Position numbers and translations under genes: made by a program. This document shows positions 24,231 to 36,459 of a stretch of 64,000 nucleotides of DNA, in pieces (the first letter of the stretch is position 1; each line of letters opens with the position of its first letter). The notes under the pieces were generated by a model that was not told where the DNA came from, searched no databases, and saw only the letters and a list, made by a program, of their open reading frames with translations. Source of the stretch: Xylographa opegraphella (taxonomy: Eukaryota); the NCBI GenBank assembly GCA_022813865.1, contig JALDZX010000002.1, positions 372,001 through 436,000 on the forward strand. Reading direction: 5' to 3'.

Positions 24231-26972
24231 CTATGACCCTATTGAACCACCGCCGATGATACTCTGCTGGCTGACGTTAGGGTAGAAAAATGCTGCTACA
24301 GCAATGATAATGTAAGCCGCAATGAGTAACGCGCCCTCTAGGTAGTTACTTCGCCCGTCCAGCACAAGGAAATTGACTATGAAGGCGGAGACAAATAGGG
24401 AGACAGTTTCAAATAACGAGAAATACAGACTCATGTCTTTGCTAAGGATCCAGCCAAGTAGTACAATGACCGGAGTGACGAACAGTGAGATTTGAATACT
24501 GGAGCCCACAGCGACTCCTATGGCAAGGTCCATTTTGTTTTTGCTGGCAACGGTGACCGCGGTGACGTGCTCGGCGGCGTTACCAACAATGGGCAGGATG
24601 ATAAGACCGATAAACTCCTCGCTGACTCCAGAGTTGTCGACAAGATATCCGATGCTGCTCACAAGGAATTCGGCACAAACAGCTACTAGGCCAGTCGAGA
24701 TAAGCAGAAGAACAATCGCAGAAGTACGAGAAATATGTTCCTTGACTTCATGACTATCGTCCGAACGGATCGAGACAGATGACGCATTGGCCTGCATGGA
24801 GTGCTGTTGAGATCGCGCAGGAGTGGTTGCTGGCGCCTTGTTGAGACGGTCTGGAAGAGATGTCGTACGACGCAGTCCACGACCATAAGGGGCCGGAGGC
24901 ACGAAGATCTGAGCCGGTAGCGGAGCTGGCAAGTTGGAAGGATTTGGTGTTGAAAAGACTGTAGTAGTCAGCATTTTCGGTATCGTGGGGCGGACCGAGA
25001 TTCCTCGCAAGTTGAACGGTCTCCTGGGCGAGCTCTCAGGATCAACACGTATTTCGTCCATAAATGTCACACGTTGCGACTCTGGCGTTATCAGTTCTCC
25101 ATTATCTTGAGGCCCTTCCATCTTCTCAGACAGAGCTGGCTGCTTTTCTTCGTGTTTGTGATGCTTGCGATGCTTTCTCTTTCCCTTTATTTTCAGTCTG
25201 GATTCTGGTGATTTAGTACCAGATGCTCTTTCCACCTCAAAATCACGGTGAGACGGTGTGGCTATCTGTACTCTCGTATGACTAGCGTCGTTCTCACCAT
25301 CAGTATCGGCTTCGTCACCGCTGGCAATAGCACCAAGTCGATGGGATTCATTAATGCCAAACGGACTCGAGATCGACAATTGTTCATTGTGAGCACCAAT
25401 CGATGGGGTATGAATCGCCGAAGGCACTGAAGGCGTCTCTTTAGAGCTTGCGCTGGATTTCCGGCGTCTCCTACCACGAAATGCACGTTTTATCCGCTTA
25501 GCCGTGGTATTCGAACCTGACGAGCCATCCGAGTCACTATCGCGGGAAGAACCGCTCGTGTCCGATGAACTAGAAGAGCCTAGCATTTCCGCTAAGAGTC
25601 CGGGATGGGATTCTTCATCGATGACATGCTGTGGTGTACTTTCATACATGTATGCATGCGACTTCAGCTGAAAGAGAAGATAAAGCACGTATACTAAAAG
25701 AAGAATCTACACTTGTCAATAGATGTACGTCGCGGAAACGCGAATGTACTTACAATGCTGGATCCTCGACTGACTTGCAAGACAGCAACATCAGCTGCGT
25801 TCGTGTTGACAAAGCTCGCATGGAATGCGGTCTATAGTGATGCTTATCAGTATACTCGACATCAAACATGTGTAAATAGAGGTACTGACTGGTAAAAGCA
25901 AACTCATGACGCTGAGACTGAGTAGGCATGCACTCATCTGTGTCACTGTACTGTTGTAGATCTAGATGATGGTCAGTGGCTGAGGTATTTCGCTTCCCCA
26001 TTGGAAGATGGATCGTCGTACTTGTTCACGGAATCGAAGACCTCCAAACAGAAAGCACATTCCCAAGATAAGCATCAGATTTGCGAGTATGGAACCCAAT
26101 AGCGAGGCTTGGACGATACGTATTTCATTCTGTGAACGGTTAGTGACTGAACCTAATTGATGTCCAGTAGTTTCTGTCCGCACCTTGACAAGTGCAATAC
26201 TGTAATCATAGACATGACACGAGTAAGCATATGAATTATTTACAATCTTTCAATCAGCGCGGTGAAGAGGGATTGCAATATGGGACGTAATGCAGATAAG
26301 ACTGCACCTGAACAGCCTCGATCTGTTTATCGCCTTGATCACTATAAGTTTTACATACATGCTGTGCAAGTTAGTTTGGCTTTGCTCAGAACGAGACGGA
26401 GACACTGACAAGATGATAAGCTCTACCGCGTTACCGAAAGTAACATTCATGAGCGCCCCCACGGTATCACCCATACTCGAAGCAACAGCTTCTGTGGCAT
26501 GACTCAGAAGTCCTGCAAGAGGTATGATAGCAATGGCGTTTAGAGCAAATACGACAGTCGGGCTGACTCCGGCGAAGTTCATGGCTATACCCACAGGCAC
26601 AAATACGAGGAGTAAATTTATAACACTAGATAGTAATATCTCCTTGGCAGTATGGTAGAAGCGAATCGCGAAATTCGGCTTCTTTATGGTGGGAGATGCC
26701 TCTCCTTGTCCATTCTCAGACGAAGGAGGTAGTACTGCTGGATGTATATCGGATGAGGTATTCTCGACCACATTATTGCTTGTGGGGCTCGATTCTTTCC
26801 TGCTAGCAGCACCCGCAGTGACTCCGTCTGCAGTACCTCCATGGCCCTGACCAAGCAGGTTGCTTAGAGGAAGGGTAGGTTGTCGTGCAGCTCCAGAAGA
26901 ACGCGACTTCGAGACATGCGCTTTGGTTCGAAAGCGATCTAATAAATTCGGTTGGTCAGGAGTTTCCACCAT
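24231..26972 (-). CDS. Ca2+/H+ exchanger (CAX/Vcx1 family) with a long central loop
   Basis: Exons 26972-26410, [26361-26359 microexon], 26199-26184, 26129-26022, 25961-25890, 25831-25754 and 25706-24231. It has the alpha-repeat motifs TFGNAVE...GSILANL and GNAAEH...GSSIQI. Confidence 0.92.
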
Positions 26973-27698
26973 CGGCGTTGTGATCTAAAGTGTCAAAGGA
27001 GCGAAGCACTGAAGCACCGCAGAAGTCGTGTTCGAGAATGCGAAGTTGACGAGGTTGTCGATTGGAGTGTGAAGAGGCGGAGTAGGCGGTGCTCAGGTCA
27101 GGGCAATCTGATTGATAAACCGGGAAGCCGAGCGTGGTAGGATAAGGTAGTACGCTAAATCCGGAGTTTTAGGGGCGTCAACAGGGATATGCTCATCGGC
27201 AAATTGAAGGATTGAGGCTCGGGGTCTCAGCAGAAAGAATGTTCGTCAATGATCCATGAGGTTCACCGACAAATTAACGATTCTTATGGAAATGGAAATG
27301 TAGCAATAGACTACCGATATCGAAGTGCTGCAAAATTGAGACTGTGATGCAGCAGCTGCAACATCAAGGGATGGTTGATTGATTGAGGAAGCGGCAAATG
27401 TCTTTGCTAGGCGCTCGTCATGGCTTCAGGCGCAGTCACAGGCAACGAACGATTTCTTGGAAGTGACGACTCCTCGGCCAGGATTCGCCGCAGTCGTGAA
27501 TGCCAATGTACTACTACTGAATACCTAGTCACAATCATGATCAAGATTTCACATGCTCCTGGCGGTCGCCTCGAAGCGCCCCCTCATGCTGCATGATCGA
27601 CAACTAGTCCTGCACCGCCACAGGGACAGTTCCCCGGATTTTCGTGTGGCGGTCCTTGCATCACCATTTTTGTTTGAACATTTGCAACGCCAGGAGTA

Positions 27699-28784
27699 AT
27701 GGCATCCGAAGAGGTCTCCCACCAATTACAACGGGAGCTTCATGATTCTGTTAAACGTGCCATGAAGACCCGTAGACCAGTTCTGACACACTTAAATGCC
27801 GATACTTCGTGGCTCTTACAACTCCCTTATCCAGATGGCTTGAGTCCTCCTTTGGGCGGCTTGTTTTATAATATTCTTATTGACCCCTGGTTGTCAGGGC
27901 TACAGTCTGACTTCGCTTCCTGGTTCAGCACCCAATGGCACGCCCTACCATCCAGTGTTCAGACCATCGCCGAACTGAACGAGCGATTGAGCGATGTGGA
28001 AGCTTTGGGTTCGGTGAAGAGCCTAAGCAATGCTGAGGACGATTCCACGAAGAGACGTCCGCCGGTCATAGATTTGGTAGTTATTTCGCACGAGTTCACC
28101 GACCACATGCACCAGCCAACCCTACTTGAGATTGATCCTGATATACCTGTGCTTGCCACTCAGAAAGCCGCAGACTCCATTCATTCTTGGAATCACTTTA
28201 CCAGCATTGGTGTGGTTAATCATTTCTCAGACAAGGATCTAGATTGGAGGCATACCTCGATCAGTCCTTTACCGGAATGGATCGGTATATCGCGGCTGGT
28301 TACTGACTGGGATGCCATGTATTTGCACTCAGCCCTCCTCTTTACCTTCAATCTGGGTTCTGAATATAAGAAGCAAGGCACGGGTGACGAGGATAGTGCT
28401 GAAGCTATTATATATACACCGCATGGAATACTGGCCAATGATCTAAAAGTCCTATCCCAGGCAGCTCCACCGATAAGGACTTTGGCGCTACTACACGACT
28501 ACAACGAGGTAGATCTTAGTATACTCACGCGGCTGAACCTCGGGATTCATAACGGGCTGAAAGCTCAAAGGATGTGTAATGCCAGGTATTACATCGGAAC
28601 TCATGACGAGGCCAAGCAAGGAAAAGGAATTCTGTTGCCGTTCCTGCGACGGAAAGAGCTCACGATTCAGGATGCTTTGGAGAAAGAGCAAGTGGAGAAT
28701 GGCAATGCCGCAAATCATTTCTCTCATGAAAGACAAACCAAGTTTCTAGCACTGGGGAATGGGGAGAGTTTGCTTCTGGAATGA
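27699..28784 (+). CDS. metallo-beta-lactamase-fold protein of unknown function
   Basis: 361-aa ORF with THLNADTSWLL, ILIDPWL, VISHEFTDHMH (HxHxDH-like), YTPHG and GTHDE motifs. Confidence 0.75.
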   Translation: MASEEVSHQLQRELHDSVKRAMKTRRPVLTHLNADTSWLLQLPYPDGLSPPLGGLFYNILIDPWLSGLQSDFASWFSTQWHALPSSVQTIAELNERLSDVEALGSVKSLSNAEDDSTKRRPPVIDLVVISHEFTDHMHQPTLLEIDPDIPVLATQKAADSIHSWNHFTSIGVVNHFSDKDLDWRHTSISPLPEWIGISRLVTDWDAMYLHSALLFTFNLGSEYKKQGTGDEDSAEAIIYTPHGILANDLKVLSQAAPPIRTLALLHDYNEVDLSILTRLNLGIHNGLKAQRMCNARYYIGTHDEAKQGKGILLPFLRRKELTIQDALEKEQVENGNAANHFSHERQTKFLALGNGESLLLE

Positions 28785-31719
28785 AACAATATATCTGGCA
28801 CAAATGGACAAGAAAAAGACATGGTGATGATCATGCTCTATAGACGACAGTAAGACCAGACCTCTTGTAAGTCTGAATGCTTTAAAAAGAAGGATGTCTA
28901 GCTACCCTGGCGAAACAAAGGATCGTCAAAAAGCTATGTCATTGTCGAAGCGCGAGACATTGAAAGGATACTTAGATGAAATTGTGCTCTACATATTATT
29001 TCCCTTGGATGCTCTGGTATTGCTAGAAGCTATAGTAGTTCTTCATATCGATAGTGTAAAAGCTAGCTGTAGAATCGGTGATGGATGGTCCTCTGAGACC
29101 TTTTGGTCACTAAGAATAGTGATCAACCGGTTCATCGCCAAAACATCTACCTCAACCCTAATCAGAACGCTGTCACGACGGTTTCTTGTCTCTATCTGAT
29201 TTCGCCTGCTCGCGATGTGTCAAAGAAAGAGTAATCCTTCTGCTGATCATCGTTAGGTATCTGTAGTATTGGTCGGCTACCTTAGTCTTGATTGTGAAGG
29301 AAGGAGTGATGTAAGGCTGCAAGCAATCCTATCCCTGTCGCTTAACGACATGTCCTCAATTGGTACCAGCTTCAGAAGCAATTTATTGAAGTGGTAATGT
29401 CGTATCTCTTGAGATCACATAACTTCGACAAAATGATACGCTTACCCTGCGGGATTGAGTAGTTTGTTGTGAGGGCCATTGCACGACAAACAGCGTTCCA
29501 AAGCCAACATTTTGCTCGATATAATGAGCAATGATTTCTTTCACATCTGCAAGCATGGCGATTGGAACAACTACATTGACAGACGCGGTCCGAATTGAAC
29601 GACTAAAATACTGAACGAGTCTACCTATACACACTTTATTGGACTATAGCATGTCCACTTACTATACCGTAAGAGCCGGGAAACTTGCAGCCGCTATCCT
29701 TACTTTTAACTTCTGACACTGACAAGTGAAACCGATTGATCCAAGTGACAGATATCAATCAAGTTCCGAGGACCCAACGATCACCATGTCCCGTGTCAGC
29801 AAGATCTTCTGATTCTTGACTTCCCCGCTTCAAGAAATACAAAATTAGATACCGAATTTTCCACACATGACCAGGACCGCAAGGCGATGGCGCCCGTGTA
29901 GAGTGTTCTGACGAAAAAGCCTTGAATTCACATCGGAAGATTTACCGCCCATTAACAGATCCACTCGACGTCAGCTGCTTCACCCGCTTTTGCGCCGCGT
30001 GACTGTTGTCGATCGCTAAACGTACTTTTCAACCTTGCTGTTCGAAATGAAGATCCTCTTGTTCAAAGGGACCATGAAGACAATTGTCAGTACTCAGAGA
30101 AGCACTGACATCATGTATGTACACAGTTTACATGTTGGATATGCGAGGATACCTGGTCTGTCATCACCGTTAGTAGTCGCTTATCGTTGATTAGATCCAA
30201 ATGCCATGTTATTCGGCTGTGAAGCTGCATCTCGATACCGCACGTCTGTAGAACTGACCAATCTGGCGGTCCGCAAGCTGAGACTTGCAGCGGCCGGGGA
30301 AGCAGAGAGTGCTTCCACCCGTACTCCCGGACGATCATGCGTCTACGGTAGGTACAGTACCTAAGGTAGGGTGCAGTCCCATGTGGCGCATGGGCGCTTG
30401 AAGGTCCTCGCACAAGCTGTGGGCGACTAATGTCTGAGTCCTGAAACACCAAGGAGTGGATGGGCAGTCCACCGAGTTCTAAGACAGCTCGACGTCGGAT
30501 AGACGGAGATGGAGGCACAGAGGAACGTCGCAAGACCCGATCTATCGAGAAGAAGGCCGTGTAAAAGCTCGAGGTGGCACGTTGATGGCAGACATTTGAA
30601 GTCATGCAGGATGCAGTCTCACACGTCGACCCTACCTTAGCTGAGTGGTGGATCTTACGAATCCTCCCGAATCTAGCGTGGCTCGCCATCCCCAAGCGTG
30701 CCTATGGCCGAGATCAGCGCATGAGAGCCGGTAGAAACATGCACCTCTGCACCCCCTTCTCGTTCACCATGCCAAACCAGAATTCCTGTGTCGGCCTACG
30801 GGTTACAGTCGAGCAACGGCGTTCCGCACATTGCATCGTCCAATTCGGCAGGAAGAGACAGACCCAATCGACGCGGGCTCAGCTTGGGACTGTCGAATGC
30901 GGCTGACCTGCCCGTTTCGACCCAGCCGCTACCGCAAGCTATCCATGTCTTGAACCTTGTCGTCATATCTATCTTTTGCTTCAAAGGCGACTGCTGGTCT
31001 GGTACGTACATGGGATCGTAAGCTCCACCCGTTGCTCGTGAGCACGAGCACATCCCTTTGTGTAGCCAGCGTTGCCGGACTTCAGCCGGGCTAGTGTGCA
31101 GAGTCAAGGTTCGGTTGTTCAATGCTGCTCCTTCATCGCCCGTGAGGCAGGCACCGCATCGGCAGTCATACCGGTCGACCGACTTTGCTCGCTGGTCAGT
31201 GGCCAGCTTCTTCGGCCAGGCCAGGTCGAGTGAGGGACGAGGGTGGGGTCGCGAAGGTGGAGAGGGCGCTCGTTAGCGTGGCGCTATGGCGGCGACGAAC
31301 GAAAAGAACGGACGCTCATGCAGAGCAAGGAACTACCCGATTCACACACTCCAAAGCTCGAGGCCCGTATTTCCCCAGTATTTCTTCGTTGAAAGGAGAC
31401 GGCCAAAAGTCTATCTGCATTGATGATACGTGAATGGTACCGTACGTGAATGATAGACGCGCAGTTGCTGGCTATTCATCCTCTTGCGCTACCTGATGGC
31501 GCATCTCTCGCCCCCCATCGGCTGCTATCCCCTTTCAGCCAGTGCAGCCACGCTGATGACATGTGCATGGTACCTCTCAATCCAGCGATACTGCTCTGCA
31601 CATAACCACTCGAGTGCCCTTGCCAGCATCAACCTTCCTGCCCATCCTTCATCGATACATAGACGTTCGTATAACCTACCGTCCTCCATTTGTGTTGGCC
31701 CTATTTCCTTATTCCCGTC

Positions 31720-33451
31720 ATGTTGGTGGAGCATTCGCTTTTCTTTGTCTTGCTGTGAGCTTCGATTCCTTCACCGTGAACCAGGCGGAGAGGGATTGCA
31801 CAGCTGCTGATGTCCTGATAGAGCGTATCGATACCTCCGCCTAATTGTGAATGTTGCGGCCTTCTTGCTACTACGCCCAATTGCTGTTCCAGAAAACCCA
31901 TTGTTGACGTCTAAGGATGTTACCGTGGTCGTTCCTTCTCTGGCACTCGAGCAGGATCGAGATGAATTCCAGGAAACAATACGTGGCATTCTCACTACGG
32001 ATCCGTTAGAGGTCATTCTGGTTACGATAGACGAAAATGTCGAGCGTGTCAAGTTGATGGTGGATAGTATGGCGACCACCAAAGTCCGCGTCTTCAGTGT
32101 TTCTCAGCCGAACAAGCGTCGCCAAATGGTTCGAGCTATCCCCGAAGTTCGCACTAGTATCACCATCTTTGCCGATGACGATGTCAAGTGGCCTAAGACG
32201 ATTCTGCCCTGGATGTTGGCTCCTCTCGAAGATGAAGCTTATGGTGGAGTGGGAACCAATCAAAAACTACGCCGCGCGGTAGACCCGTTATTCTCTCAAC
32301 GAGTCTGGGGCTTCCTTGGAGCGATGTATTTGCTGAGAAGAAATTTTGACTGTGCTGCTTGCAATTACATGGATGGTGGTCTGCCATGTCTTTCTGGAAG
32401 AACAGTTGCATATCGAACCAAGATTCTCAGCGACACTGCCTTTACTGATGGCTTCACTCATGAGGAATGGAACAGCGAATACCAACTCAATGCGGATGAC
32501 GACAACTTCATTACCCGATGGCTTGTCTCGCATGGACACCGAATTGCGTTCCAGTACCACCGGGAGGCTGAGGTCGAGACTACGTTAGAGGATAACCCGA
32601 AATTCTTAAAGCAGTGTTTACGATGGTCTCGCAGCAATTGGCGGAGCAACATCACAAGCATGTTCATTGAACGACACATCTGGAGGTTAGCTCGGGATGT
32701 GCATACTGAGTCCAGACCTCGATAACTGACGAAGAGCAGACAACAGCCCTGGAGCACATACGCAGTGCATCTTACAACTCTTACACATTGGGCACTGTTG
32801 TGGGACATCGGATTGCTCTACTACTGCCCCAAGGAACCTTGGGTCTTTTGGCCAGTTGTCACGCTGATGGCCATCAGTAAATGGATCAAATTCGTTGGCC
32901 ACTTTCTGCGACATCCCGTGGATGTTCTACTGTTGCCTGTATCGGTGGTCTTTGGTTATCTTCACGGATTGATCAAGCTATATGCGGCTTGTACCCTGCA
33001 CGTGGTAAGGTTACCCTTTGTCTTACGCCCAATGGTGGCGCCGCTGGCGCTCCCTCGCCACCTCTAGAGATTTCCGAGATTCATCCGTCCGTCTACGTGT
33101 TGCTGATAAACTTTGATTGTGCAACAGACAGCTTGGGGGACTCGGGAAGGCGCTGACGCCAACGATGCCTATCGTATGATCCATCTGACTCAAACCGCCT
33201 ACGAGCAAGTTCTCGAAACTAAAGACTCGGTGAGTGTGACCACTGAGTTTTTCCCGCATGCTATACATTTGGCTCATGACGATTTATATTAGCAATTCAT
33301 ATCTCCTTGGCCACTTCGCCAAGAGCATTTCCTACACGGCAAGCATCTTAGCGATGGAATGGTTCGCCCTAGTGCGCATCCCTCCCGGGTGCCACGCGAT
33401 CCCTTCAAAAGGCCTGAGACGATCTGCCTCATACTTCCCAGTGACGAATGA
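31720..33451 (+). CDS. processive family-2 glycosyltransferase, Cps1-like polysaccharide synthase (5 exons)
   Basis: Exons 31720-31754, 31822-32685, 32740-33004, 33128-33229 and 33293-33451, all in frame. Motifs: DVTVVVP, FADDD (DxD), CLSGRT, ADDDNF, KQCLRW (QxxRW), C-terminal TM helices and TAWGTR. Confidence 0.85.
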
Positions 33452-33975
33452 TGATCAGCTCTCCTTCCAGGCGTATCAATAAACTTCGGGTGGGAGGTTG
33501 GCGTCATGACCTTGCGTGCTAGAGAAAAGTTTGGCGTGAGGATAAGGTACGGTTTTTAGAGCGAAATTGTACTACAGGGATTTGAGATTGACCAAATGTG
33601 GGCGACTTTGGTTGGGCCAATGCGGCACCCAGCTCAGGGCGGGGCGACGGTTGTAGTTATTGGTACTAATAGTGTAATCGGGTCTTGTGCCAGCCGTCGA
33701 AGTGAACTGCACAGCATTGCTCCAGAGCTCCCGTAGTCCGCTGGGAAGGCCCGGTACACCTATTGCGGCGGATGAGTTCAGAAAGTTCCTCCACTCACCC
33801 AGCTGATCGGGGCGTTTTTAGATCAACAATACAAGGCGCCGGACGAGGCTTGAGAAACGCACAGGACAGCAGCTAATAGCCGGCCAAGAGCCCGAAGGAT
33901 TCACGCTAAGTCAAACAAGCTTCGGGCAAGGACGGCCCAGATCTGGACAAGTTCAAGTGTGCAGGTTAAGGCCTC

Positions 33976-34011
33976 GAGGAGGAGGAGGAGGAGCGGGAAG
34001 AGGAAGAGGAG
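33976..34011. repeat. (GAG)n-rich microsatellite
   Basis: gaggaggaggaggaggagcgggaagaggaagaggag. Confidence 0.6.
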
Positions 34012-36459
34012 ACAGTCATTGCCATGCTCCCCCATTAGTCATCGGCTCCTTGATTGCCCCCCCTCTCTTCTCGGGGCTCCCTCCGACTGCGCGAAACGGC
34101 GGAGAGCCTGGGCCTTGTGATTGAATTCGAAGGCGACGCTGTCACAGGCCCAGGATGCGTGATTCATCGACGGCCGATGACATGTGCTCAACACCCACTC
34201 GTTCAACAACCCTTCACGGGTTGAAAAGCGCAGGGATGATTGCGCGAGCAGAAAACGCCACGGAAGAAATCTCTCCTGATTATGCACGACATGCTGTTGT
34301 CTCCTCTCCAGGCTTGCTGGAGTTAGCGGCGAAATGGGAATGTCTGTGCTGAAGCTCCCACGAACCTTAACTATATCATGCTTCGCGACCACGGCTTCTC
34401 TCTACCTACTAGTCCTCACCACGGCCAAAGCTCCGGATGTCGTTGCTGCGACCGACGTGGGAGTCGGCGGAGTTTTCATTCAGCACGGGACGCGGGCCCT
34501 GACATCGCTCTGGTACGCCATTGCGCTTTCACTTGCAAGCCTGCCGGCCTACCCATGGCCAGCCGTGGCTGACGCAGGGTCCTGGCTGAGAGACATCGCG
34601 TTTGACTAAAGTAGGTATCTACGGTGATTTATGATAGATCACACGAACTGTAGGTCGCTCCCTCAATTGAAAGGACGCGCTCCAGAGGGCTTTTATTACC
34701 ACCCAGTGGCATCGAGTGGCAGCCACGTCAACCCAAGCAGGTCGTCCTTCCCGCTCCACTCATGCCGGGCGGATGACATGCAGCTCTGACAGGAGCTGGT
34801 TGATCCTTGGCAAGGTATCGTGGAGAATTGACCACTATGACGCACATGCAATGTAATGTGAGTGCCGATGTACCACTGTTATCTGCCAACAGCATCGTTG
34901 AATGCGGGAGTCTACGACATCTGGCTGTGCATCTAGGGCCGGTGAAGGGAGTGGCATACTGGGCCAATTCTGCTCGACAGTCCTACGTGGGTACGACAAC
35001 GGATCAAACACAAGAACGAAGGCTAACAATGTGGCCGCTTGAGAACCCATGTCAATATGTGTGTGGATATGCTCAACAGATTCCCACACGGAGTACACTT
35101 ACATCCTTCATCAACACGGGTAGCCATGTTGGTGAGGAAGTTCAAAGCGACCCGAGCTCTATCCGTTGGATGACGACGGTGGGTAGAATTGTTCAGGGGG
35201 CGAGCCTCGTTCAGCAGCACGACGTCGGGGCAAGGACGAGGCAGCAGAGTGACAAGCAGACACAGACGGGAACACATGTACTGAAATGGCGTTCTCGTCG
35301 CTGAGGGCGACTTCGGATTGCCAGTAGCGAAGTACCTCTGTCGATCCAGTAGTACTCACAGTCTCCTGCGGCCGTGTTATCGGAGCGAGCTCACAATGGC
35401 TGCGCGGAATAGCTGCCTAGCAAGCCTTGACGGAAGCAGCACCTACCAAAAGCATATTTGCAATCGTCTCCTAATCGCTGCTCAGTGGTCACAAGTCCGG
35501 TCCTTGAGGCTTAATGGGGACTAGCTACCATAAGCAACAGGCCATCCTACCGAAGAAACCGTCCAGAGTACATGTAGTAGGTACCTTAGTTAAGGTAAAG
35601 AGGTATCTAACGTAGGTAAGGGAGGTAGGTACGCAGTACGGAGTACCTAGCACTCTTTCCACAACCTGGAGGTACCCGCAGCAACCACGGTCCACCACAC
35701 ACTGCCGGCGCATGCATGCATCTGCACACTGCAGAAGCGGCATGCCCAAGCCCGGCTTATCCACGCGAGCGGCTTGCGCTTATAGGCACGGCCCTCAGGT
35801 GGCGGCCGAGGGGACAAGGGTACCGCGTACAGGGGGGATGCTGTACAGGGTACAAGGTCGGAGCCTCCACCCCCGCTTCGGCTCGACGAACCACGATCAA
35901 GCACGACATGGGGGACATGACGATACTTTCCCTCGCCCAACAGAGACTTCCGATCGATAGCTCCATCTCGGCCGTCCCGATGTAGATGCGGGACGAGGCG
36001 AGGTTCTAAGCTGTACCTCGTCGTTCGAGCCGCCTCAACCGTTGAGATTCTCTGCTCGGGTGGGGTACCTCGATCGCTTCGATCTCTCACTTCAAGGTTC
36101 CTCCCCAATCAAGTGATTATTGAATGCACTGAAGGTGGCATGCGATTTCAACATAAGGCAAGGAAGGTAGGCACTTCATCTCCAGATTGTCTACCACCTC
36201 AACAATCGTCACTTCTCCACTTCTTCCATCCAGCCTCCCTTCCCTAGTCCGCTTCTCCAAAGACCATTTTACCACGTCCTTGGCTGAATAATGACGTGAA
36301 CCTTTTTTCCAGGGCTAATGAATATGCATTGCAACCCTCCATCTTGCTAAACATTCCTCTATACTCCTTAGCGGCTGTCGTACCCAAGGTACCTGGACGA
36401 AGCCTTCAGTAACCGTCATAACGCTATGCATTGCCACGGCACTGTACCTGCAGAGCTCG

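Noticed and set aside
29383..31433. ORFs in the spacer upstream of the Cps1-like gene (for example 194 aa at 30111-30695)
   Set aside because: There are no family motifs and no consistent exon chain could be built.
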